A stretch of DNA of 64,000 bases from Magallana gigas (Eukaryota). Positions 29,001 to 41,000 of this stretch are shown here, in pieces. The notes under the pieces are model-generated. The model was given only the letters and a program-made list of their open reading frames with translations. It had not been told where the DNA came from and ran no database searches. How positions within the stretch are numbered: position 1 is the stretch's first letter; the number at the start of each line of letters is the position of its first letter. A program made the position numbers and the translations under genes. The DNA is taken from the NCBI RefSeq assembly GCF_963853765.1, contig NC_088855.1, forward strand, positions 17,484,001 to 17,548,000. The letters run 5' to 3'.

Positions 29001-32000
29001 AAAAGACCAATTTTTCAAAACAAAAAAAATTTATTTCCACACGTGTAAAAACCCAAAATGCATCCTTTAGGATAAAACCTTATTATCCCTTGGGTATTCT
29101 AAAGTTCCAACCAAATGTTAGCATATTTTCCATATTGCGCCTTGTCGATTAAAACCTTAACGTCTTTATTAGCATCCAACTTTCTTAATGATCAAGAACC
29201 TACATGTAACCTTTTGGAATATTTAGCTATTGCTGTTTGGATGAAAAAGCAGGCTATGTTCTGAAAAAGTAATGTAGCGAGAATTCGGTTTAACGGGAAA
29301 TTTTAACAACAAAGACCCTTTATCCTGCAATTAGTACTAGCTTTTATCGTTTTAAAAGGAAACACTTTCCATACATGATGTTTTAGGGTCGGATCAAATG
29401 GGAAGTGTCGTTTTCAAAATTCAGTTAGAACATAATAACTTGACCGAAAAGATGTTATTGCATTAAAATTCGACTTTTAAAGTCTCAACGTAGTGTATAG
29501 ACTAACTAGTTGCAAAAGAAGGGTGTTTTTTTTAACTTGAATGTGAATACGTACAGATACTTTCATTTTTGCATTAAATATTGAATGTCAACACTCTATT
29601 GCATATACATACACAAGGATGTATTGCGTCGTATCTCTTTTCCAAATTTTATTCTAAATGTCAAATTTAACTATAATTTTTTCTATCGGTAAATTTGAGA
29701 TAAAAGGCTGTTTTCAAAAAAATGGAAAATGTACTCTTTCTGAAGCAACGTCATCATTTTATGCGTACATCATTTATCCATATATCAAATAATTCACTAT
29801 AGTAGTCAACACACTATGTTCATGGTTCACACATAAGACTACCAATCTGCCCGTGGTATAAAGGTATATAATCTAACCAAAGTTGCAGATTCAAGGTATC
29901 TGCCCAATGCATTATGAACTTGCCATACAATTTCCGCCATGACGTTAATTAGTCAATCCACGTTCTTGTTTACCCCATTCTGGAAAGTTCTCTCCATCAA
30001 ATTCAAAAAACGAATTGCCTCAATTGGAATTTACATTCTATGTACTAATTATTTAACATTCTTTCGTTGCAATCATATACTTTGGTACAAACTCCCACTG
30101 ACTGGGACCAGCAAAGCATGTCCACTATCTTCTGTCAATTTTGCTATTAAATTAAAGTTGGTTTTTAATTAATTTTATGATAACTACTTATTAGGAATGA
30201 TTCGATATAGTTTACGGACATCATTTCACACGTGTTAAAATATCAAAGGTGTCAGCAGATACTCTGATGCAGATGAGGGCGTGTTGTAGTTTATTGGTAA
30301 AATGTCTTTAAGGTATCACACCGGTAATCGGCCAATCAATTGTAGTTCCATATATACTTCATAATTATTTTTTTTCTTGACTGTATTTTTACATTTTCCT
30401 TTACTCAGTTTTAAAATTTTTTGTACCACTGAGTAGGATATTTCATGTATTTTGTTAGGTGATGATTTTTTTTCACAGGAACTACTTCTTTCAGGGCTCA
30501 TGCAGCAGCTTCCTGGGGAGTGTGCAGTCTGTTTACATACAAATGGAAAACACGTGGTTTTGAGGGTAGACCTGTTTGGAGCTAGATATTTTGAGAAAAT
30601 GCAGTATCGCTTGCCCTTTTTATTGTGTTAGCTGATGAGATAGGTAACAAATAACATTTCCTCCGAATATTTTGTCATGAAAAATACAAACTGATTTTTA
30701 AGAATTTTTTCCCCTCTATAGTGTTATATAGTGAAAACAATTACCGGTGTGATACCTTTATTTATAGGTATATACATGTATATACCATGTAAAGGGTCCT
30801 CCAAACCCTCTCGAAAAGTTTTTGAATACAAGATCATTTTTTTTTATATTTTCTTTTTAAAAGTTTTTCATTACACAAAAGTATTTGCTATATTCGAATT
30901 CGGGACCTATGGGTTAGTAGACAAAAGCTGTACTTATTGCGCTACAGAATAGACACCCAATTTTGGTGACAAACAGTTTCACTCTTAGTTTAAATCTCCA
31001 TGTTGTGACGTGTACCGTCATAAAAAGTAAAGTCGAAGTCCCTTAACGTTATTTAATTAATGTTTGGCCGGTAAAGAGGTTATGTATCATACATGTACAT
31101 GAAAAGTAATCAACAGATAGAGAAGTATATTAAGTTATTTGAATGTCGAAACGGTTAGTAGAACTACTCTCCCTTCCCAAATATAGGGTATAAATCAGAC
31201 GTCATATTTGTGAAATCGCACCTAGCATTAACATGGCTGTAACAATAAGGTTCGTCATAAGAGCGAATCCACAGAATATCTTGTGTGTCCTTGTCCCAAA
31301 TCTGGCTTTAATGACCTGGAGAAAGGTCTTGGCACCGGGGGCTCTGATCTTTAGCTGAACGGAGACCATTGAAAACAGCAGCATTTGAACAGAGGCACCA
31401 GCAGCGTACCAAAACGGCCCGCTTATACCATACTGAAAAAAATCAACCAATTGTTAACATCTGTTGCATGATGTAACTTTCAAATGTGAACAACCCTTTC
31501 GGTTGAAGTGAATATTTTATAGGATTACAATGAGAACATCAGTTCCTGCTTTTTAAAAATTCTTTTAACCTTTCCTTTACTGTTGTTAAATGTATATTAA
31601 TCAACTAAAACCATTGAACTCAACGTTTTTATAAAAACTCCCGACTGAAATCCATTTTTCCCCTATAAGCTTTTACAATGGTTTTCGTTTTGATGATAAA
31701 TACGTTGTTATGCAAGTACTTTATGCATTAATCGTCTTGTTGTCACTACAATGCCCGACACAGTGAAGGCTTCCGTCACATATTGATAAACGACATTCAG
31801 TAACGTTGATAAAGATGTCAGACTTGTACTTAAATGCATATATTTTCCCATCAAAATGATCTTTGAAAATTAAGTTTAAAAATTCATTATTTATTAATAA
31901 ATCTATTATGATTATTGTAAAATGAATAGTTTAAAAAGCTGATTTTTTGTTATGCTAATAAGCAGTGCATCAGTTATGAATCTGAAAGACGAGATAACAA

Positions 32001-35000
32001 AACCTAATTTATTTAATGGAATATGTTAATGCAATTCTATTTATTTTGAAAAACTAAGTACAATAAAAGGCAATAGGCTAGACTGTCTCATGTTTGCAGA
32101 CACTTTTACTCGTGTTTTACATAGTTAATGTCGCCTTTGAATGATAGCAATTTCATAATTTCCAATGAAGATAAGTTCAGTTACCGTTAATGAAACCATC
32201 ATGCAATGTTCGAAGAGACTAATGAAATTTAATACTATATATATCTGATGACGCAAATGTTAACTCGGTGCAAACGAACTAGTTCACTTGCATTGATTTT
32301 ACAAAAAAAGCACGCCACAAGTGAAGCTTGCATTCATTGGGAAGCATTTCTAAAACAGTTTTATATTGATTTAGATGGCGTCATGTTTCCTTAACCCTAT
32401 AAAGACAATTAGCCTTTAGTTACTTGAGTTATGTCAAGCATGAGTTTTGTGGAAGACCGAGGACACTGACTTCTGAATCATTACACATTGAGTATTTTGG
32501 GATTATGGTTACGTTGTAACTTCTTTCATGTTCTTAAAATCAAAATTTAGCTGAATCACGAAAACACGTGCACTTTACAGCAAAAGCGTTCAAGGGTCCT
32601 CCACACCCTCTGGAAAAGTTTGTAAAACAAGTCAGCTTATTTATATTCCATGGTGACATATAATTCAAGCACACATTTGACTTAAAATGACGTATAACAT
32701 GTTAAATTTTAGAGAAAGAAAAAACTTTTTAAAAGATATTGCTTTTCATTAAAACAACAGTCTTAGCAATATTCGGACTCGGGGCCTGCAGTTTAGTAGA
32801 CCTATATATAAGTTATCCTCTCCGCTACAGAGTAAGGGTGTGTCGAGGACCTTAAGTGTCATGATGTCAGTATTGAATTCACTAAAAAATATTGGTAAGC
32901 TTTGGAATGGCCAAGTTCAAAAGTAAATACCAATAAAACATGAGCGTTTGTCCGTAACACTCTACATAGTGAGACCAGATGCATGATTATATTGCCTCAT
33001 TCATTAACGACAATGTATATATATTATATATGCGGTCTTCACGTAAATGACTTCAGTGAATCTGATTGAATAATTCTGAAACACACTTGTTTAACATTTT
33101 GTCACGTACCTTGCTACCCACTGTCGCCGACTGCAGTAGAGTGGCCGCCCACGTCCATTGAGAAACGAGGGTGGTTGCCGTTAACCCCGCGTTCACATTC
33201 CCCCCAGCATCGAATGAAACATCCAAAGAATTCTGAAATAAAAATAAAAATATCAGGGAGTCCAGCACTGTATCATGTTTAAGGTGGTTGCTCGCAGTCA
33301 TCTCTTTGGTGGTTCCTATAGAATATCAATGAGAGCACGCGTTAAAAACCAAATATAAAATATTGAACAGTTAAAAAATTACTGCTGTTAGTCCATGTGT
33401 TCTGTTATGTCTAAAAGTACTTGTTTATCGAGTAACATTAAATAGTCCACTAAGAATGAAATTCAAAAGTTAACAAAGTTTTGATTAGTTTATGATATCA
33501 TAAAGATATGTAAAACGTTGCATCGTACATCTCTTCGTTAATTTCTATTTGCATTTTTTATTTCATAATTCCCTTTTTTTTATTTGCTTACGTTTAGTTT
33601 TTCATTTGTATTCATAGAAACCATATCGCATTCATATACAATACAAATATATGATATAGAAACTTTTAAAATACCATTTGATATTCAACTGATGAATGAC
33701 AAACATACAACCATTTCCCAAACTTATACAATGCAATACTGTAATATATTTTCATTTTTACATAATGAGCACAAAATGTGCATTTATAATGAACGCACTT
33801 TAATAAACTAATACATGTAAACTAAAACATTATTTTTTAAAGCCTAAAAAGAGGTTTCTTAAAATACTTTTCAATAAATTCTCATATCGGTTTATTTTCT
33901 TACTGCTAGTTTTATAATTTGGTTGATTGTTTAAACGAATGGAAATTGTGCAAAACTGTTAGTAATTTGGTAAAACTAGCTAAACTCAGTTTTGACGTGC
34001 ATTTGTCAGTTTATCAATGTTTGGAAAATATTTATTCGATTTTTAACCGGGTTTTCCAACGGAAAAATCCGGTTATTAAAATGGTGAAAATGGCGGGCGG
34101 GCGGGATGGCGGGCGGGCGGCTGCCAAAAGGGTACCCTCATTGTACGGATAACTCCTCCTACAGTTTTCAAGATAGGAAGTTGTTCTTTTGCAGATCAAT
34201 TGTTCATATATCAGAGGTGTGCATATTGCTAGGATTTTGATTTCCGATAATTTATCGAAAAAATACCAGCTTTTGAACTTAGTCATTTTTTGGCAAAATA
34301 TTGCATATAGGGTACCCTCATTGTACGGATAACTCCTCCTACAGTTCTCAAGATAGGAAGTTGTTCTTTTGCAGATCAATTGTACATATATCAGAGGTGT
34401 GCATATTGCTAGGATTTTGATTTCCGATAATTTATCGAAAAAATACCAGCTTTTGAACTTAGTCATTTTATGGCAAAATGTTGCATATAGGGTAACCTTA
34501 TTGTACGGATAACTCCTCCTACAGTTCTCAAGATAGGAAGTTGTTCTTTTGCAGATCAATTGTACATATATCAGAGGTGTGCATATTGCTAGGATTTTGA
34601 TTTCCGATAATTTATCGAAAAAATACCAGCTTTTGAACTTAGTCATTTTATGGCAAAATGTTGCATATAGGGTACCCTCATTGTACGGATAACTCCTCCT
34701 ACAGTTCTCAAAATAGGAAGTTGTTCTTTTGCAGATCAATTGTACATATATCAGAGGTGTGCATATTGCTAGGATTTTGATTTCCGATAATTTATGAAAA
34801 AAATACCAGCTTTTGAACTTAGCCATTTTTTGGCAAAATGTTGCATATACATGTAGGGTACTCCATTTCACTGGATACGGGTTGACATGGATTATGGATA
34901 CAGTTTACATAAAAGAAAACCCGGTTTGCTGTCACATTGACAGCTTTTCACTTGTTTTTAAATGCATTAAAAAATTAGTCGCCACTCATCGTTTTTTATT

Positions 35001-38000
35001 CATATACTAATACAAATCAAGCACCACCAATGATTCCTTTTATTTTTAAGGTTCAATGTCTGATACCATATGTCTTTTTCCTACGTCAATCCTACGTTGA
35101 TACACATTTAATAAATTTAAGTAGATCGTGTACAGACTGATGTAAAAAGAGACACATGAACGTACACGAGATACGAAAAACTGAAAATAAGAGATAATGC
35201 GATATTTACTTTGGATATAAATAAACTGTGATCTCAGGTGACGTTCTCGGATATAATCAGAGAATTAAAGCTTAAGGCAGTTTTTAGTACTATATACAGC
35301 ATAATTTCAGGTATGGATCGGAATTCATTGACGAGTACAAGTATGAAGAACCATAAAACATGATATAAAGAAAAACATAACGATTCTAAATGAGAGCGAT
35401 ACTTAGTGTCTAGTATCGTAAGGTTGTGTTAGTACTATAGTACAACAGGACACAAAACATGTTGATGTAAAATGAACTAATTGTTTGTCGAGATTATATG
35501 CTTTTGAAAAATGTTTTTTTTTTACTCAGCTGATAAAAAAATAATCCCTACATTTGTACGATTAAAAAAACCCATTAAAAGATCGGTGAAAAAGACATTT
35601 ACATGCATTTACCGTATATCTGAGATCAACCCAGGTAATTGGCTAATTGAACTTTCCTGAGGCATGTGATTTGCAAGTTGTTGTTTGATCCAACAAAATG
35701 TACTTCATATGCTTCGGCTTTTTATACCCAAATCTTTATTAAAAGGAGAATAAATCTGCCGGTTAAATTTGGTACATATTTTGAACTTTCTAGGAGAATT
35801 AGATTGTATTTAAAAAAAATAAAGATACTTTAATGGCAAGGGTTGAAACCAAATATCGATTTTTTAGATGTAAATTGTAAAGGTTAAAGGAAGCTCGTAT
35901 TCATTAAATTCTATCCTGATTTGTACGAATTAGTTTGACATTTTCTACTTCAATTTACTCGACGGGATACTAACATGATATGATAATATCATATTCTAGG
36001 TTACGAGATTCAAGTAAATTAGAAAAAAAAACAAGGTTTCATCACAGTTATTTGAATACGTTCAAATCAACCTGTAAATAGTTTCAAATAACGATTGCTG
36101 AACGGTGGGAATGTCGCACAGTCATTAAACCTCTGTTTTAGCAAATAATTCCTGACAGTTACAACAAATGAAGGCAAGCATCCTACTCTGATTGAAATAT
36201 TCCAACAATAAACATTTTGGGTTAAAAAAAAAACATGACATCATATACATTTCATTCCAAAATCTTAAACTTTAATATATTCTTTGTTTATTATTTACTA
36301 AAAAAATGAACATATTCATCAAAACAAAAAAAAACACTTGGGGGGGGTTGTTAATCATAAAACCAAGTTAATTCAGATAAAAGTCATTAAGAAAAAAATA
36401 GTTTCACCAAATAATATTCGCAGATTGACTTATTTTGTATTCTGATAACTTAACACAAAGTTTATGTTCATTATGCATATGGCTTTTGAATCGAAGCGAC
36501 ATTACAAAATATTTCATCAAACAAAAAAATTACATCAGGAATAGTTGTAATATTGTACATGAATGTGTCATCATTATATCAACACTTTCACTGCCGTGTA
36601 GGATCACCTTTAGAACCTTTTGTATGTTTGATGAAACTATTCTTTAAATTGAATAGATTTAGACTGTCATCATCATCTTGTTAAACCCTAAGGCAGTTGT
36701 ATATGGAGAAGTTAATGGATCTCTGCTACAAGAATGTATACAAGAATGAATCTGAATATTCGCTTTTTCGATTTCCCACACAAAAATCCTTTGTCACAAC
36801 TAAGGACTTCCAATAAAGTCAGCTTACGAATTGGGATGAAGTGTACTCTTGATATTTTCTCAGTTTCACCATAAAAAAAACAAATGGGTTACTCGATATC
36901 TTACTCTCTTCGTCAATTTAAATTGTGGCGTAGTTTCATATAAAAATAAAACATTTTATACCTGAAAGACGTTTAAACGATCTTCCGATGGACTCTAACA
37001 ATATTATAAAGGAGCTACTGAAGTCGATTAATGGTTCTGATAATGTAACTGTCGTGCACTGTAGTTATTTCACATGTCATAGGAATTTGCCGAATGGTTT
37101 AAAAACGTAAGTGAATCCTTTACTAGGTTTTTCGAGCTTAACTTATGAGGTTTGATCTAGCAGATTATTTGCTCACATGTATATAAGAAACAGCATTGCC
37201 AAAATGGCATACTCAAATATTATAGTCAAAATCCAAAAGATGCTGACGTTACATGTAACGTAAACGAGGACCAACTTACACTAAACTCTCATCTTTTCCT
37301 CTAGAGTAGCAACTGTATTCATTTCTTTACATGTAATAAATGGGTTTTTGTATTAATAGTACAAGTTTGACAAGGTTGATCATGTTTGAGGCATGTAACT
37401 TAGGTCGGCTCTTTCTCTCTCTCTCTCTCTCTCATAGAAATTTGATGTATCAACAATAATTATTTTCAATGCACCAACAGATATAAACACAAATTATTAA
37501 ACACAAAGCAAAAAATTTGAAATTGTTAAAACATGAATAAAAAATGAAGTTAAATGGAAAATCAGTAAGGTGACATTATGAAGCTATAATGTTTTTGGCT
37601 TGTATTGATTACATCAAAGGCACATTTTGCAATTGCTTGTAAACTAGACTGACAGATCGCTAAATATTTCAAGAATCCAAACCGTTAGATTAATGAGATA
37701 ATTGTCATTGCAATTTGAAAAATTCCCTAAAGATTTATCCCATCTCTACTCACTGAAGTGGTTCCTGGGAGTAATTGTCATAACAGTCAGTAATTCTAAT
37801 ATTTTGGATTGTTGTTGAGGCTATATGGCACTAACGAACTTGGCCTCGTCACACACATTCTCTATTAACATTCAAAATGACGTAATATCATGTCAAAATA
37901 TGACCATTTGAAAAATAGTTTATTGACTTTTTCTTCTAATTAAACGAATGTTCATTACAACTAATACATTCATCACTCTGTGTGATGATTTAAACTTTTA

Positions 38001-41000
38001 TAGTAAATAAGCCACTGTGTATCTTCTGTCTTGTTTCTTAAGAGGCCTGACTGGTCGTCGAAATTTTAGACTGTATTTATCTCCTTAATAAAAAGAGCTC
38101 TTTATGGGGATATAGAAAAAAATTAAAATTTTATTAAATTTCATTATTTAAATTAAAAGGAAAATATAAAAATTTTATACATAAAATATATGAAAGTTTT
38201 CCTTACAAAATAATAGTTTAAGCTTAAAACAATAATTTGAACATCTAAGATTGAAGGTAGATCTGACGGCTATTAAATTCGTGACCAATGTTGTTCCTGT
38301 ACAGTTATAAGACTCCTTACGGACAAAAACATACGAATCATAGCATAACCAGGCACTGCTATCTTGTAAACATGTGGACACAAATGTAATCATTTCTTGA
38401 AATGACTTGTTTATATAAAAGAACTGACCAAAATTGTTTTCAAAAGATAAATAATCAATAAATGTGAGGTTTTACGTGTTATTTTGAAGGCAAATTACGC
38501 ACAAAAGTACAGAACAATGCCATCACTTAGATCTGCACAGATGCAGATTTACATTGAAGATTTAAACAATTGAAAAAAAGGTGGTCATTGGTGTTGACTC
38601 TACAACCATTTTTTTTTTTAGAAAAAGGTTGAATCTTGCACATTAATGTCTTTTTTGTCTCAAAATAGGTTCCTTATTCTTATCAGTCGAATGGGATATA
38701 TTCCTAGGACAAGAACAACTTCCGTCTTTACTTTTAACTCCTAAGAAGGCACATTCACCTTAGGTTTTCATTGAAAAAAAAATATGTCAATTCAAAAACA
38801 ATCTGTATTAAATGTGACAACCATTTATTGCTTGGTTTGTTTTTTTCAGTTCTATATGACTGCATAAGTCAAAAGTACATTTTTTAAAAAGTGGTGTAAG
38901 GGTTAAAAATTTATTTGTCTTAAATAAAAAATATACATTTATTTTTAAATGAAAATATGACTTCAATGAACTTCCATAGACACAGACGAATATATCTCGT
39001 GCCGACTGAGAATTCTGAGAAAAAGGTATCCTAATTTGAGACAAAGTTACAACTCAAATGGACAAGCTTCATTTTTTTATAAAAATGATAATGTACTTGT
39101 ATATACTTTTACTCAATTCAATATGTATATTAGGGTATCCTTATTTGAGACAAAGTTACAACTCAAATGGAAAAGTTTTTGTTTTTTTTAAACAATGATA
39201 ATGTATATACTTTAACTCAATTCATATATGTATATATAATTTGAGAAAGAGATAGATGATGCCAATATAATCAAGAAATGCTTTTAATGGTTCATGAAGC
39301 TATAACGATGAAGATAGTGATCAATGCTTCAAGGTACAGGGTGTCCCAGAATATCTGATAACATTTACTCTTTAAATAACTTTTAATTAAAATTATAGAA
39401 CAAAAAATAAAAAGTATTCTCATAATTGTATATGATGTAAATTTTCACCTCACAAATTTAACGAACATTCATAAGCTTTTCACAAATTCAATGAGAATTG
39501 TTTTTAAAAACACAACATAAATAGAGAGCGCGTCAAAATGACGTCCATTTCATCAATTACAACGTCAACTGGATGAGTAAAATTCCTCACAACAACCGCT
39601 GTACGGATATCATTTTCTCAAATCTTCTCACTATCTAAAAAATATATTGATTTTTTGAGTTGTTTTTCTCCATGGTATTCTTACACGTGTATTTTATAAT
39701 TCGTACAACCTTATATGTGTTGTATGTGTTTGAAAAAACAGTTTTAAAACGGAAGATGTCTGTTCTCTTTTCCGATTCATCTTGAATAAAATTCAATGGA
39801 ACCAAAGAAATATACAATTTTGTGGCATCATAATTCAGCGAAAGGCAAGTTTTTCCCCCAAACTTTTTGTGGGGATAAAATACACTATTTCTCCTTTCAT
39901 TTGAGTCATAATTTAAAAGTTTTGGCCACATATTTCTAAATTTATATGATTTTCAGATGGTATTAGATATTCTGGGACACCCTGTACATGTAAATGTAAA
40001 CATACTTGTAAAGACAAATGCGTTGATTAGAAAATAGATATCTTCCCAAAAGATATTTCTAACTTTTATAAATTCAGAATTAGAGGATGATGTTATTTGT
40101 AAGACGCAATGACGTCTTTCACGAAGCAACTTTTTCTTTTAAACTATTGATCAATTTCTTTGTTGTCATGATAAACTGTCAGGTTTTCTTTATCTGAATC
40201 AATACTTAGTAAATGTTTTTATCATTATAAAAATCAACCACTATATTAAGGTCATTTATGAAAATGTGATAATTTTTGTTTAAAAAAGTGTTTGCTTTTT
40301 ACAATTACATTACATGAAGATCGACTTTCAGTTCTTTCATTATAGTAATTCACATAGGAAGCTATTTGGCGAAGCTTCAGTGTTGCGTAATAGTTTTGGT
40401 TATATTACAAAAGCGTTTAGCATATATGCTAACAGCTTAAAATGTAAATTGTAAAAAATAAAAAAATTAAAAAATCTAAAGTACGGAGATCACACCATTT
40501 GTAAGCTTTAGTTCTGTGGATTTCATCACATCCCCAGAGTGAATAACCTTCAAAGGAGCTCAATCCCCCACAAATGTGCTTTACAGGATGACAAACTCGT
40601 CATCGCCTGGAAGGTATCTTTCAGCCAAATTTGCTAGAGCAGAACAGTATGCAGAGGTTAGATCAAATCAGCAATGTAAACACGCAACTAAATAAGTAAG
40701 TGACTCTCGGAGCCACTAGGTCACACCACTTCGGTAATTAAGAGTTACTTGATTTCCGGATACACACCACAGCGTCTTCTGTAAATGAGGGAAGGTCATA
40801 CATTTCCCCCCCCCCAAAAAAACAAAAAAAAAACCCTCAAAAGTTAGTTTTTTCCAAACTAAATTTGTTTCATTTCAAGTACTAATAATTTATGTTATTT
40901 ATTTTAATATTCACTTTATATTTTTAAAGTGTCTGTTTTGTTCTGAACAGTTAGTTTGCATTTCAGAATTAGAATATATTAGACTTAATATTTTGTTGTT

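Noticed and set aside
34032-34871. Longest ORF in the window (279 aa), plus similar ORFs at 1118-1405, 8367-8690 and 8906-9241
   Set aside because: They are translations of the 180-bp tandem monomer, which is a multiple of 3; no splice or promoter support, and sister copies break frame.
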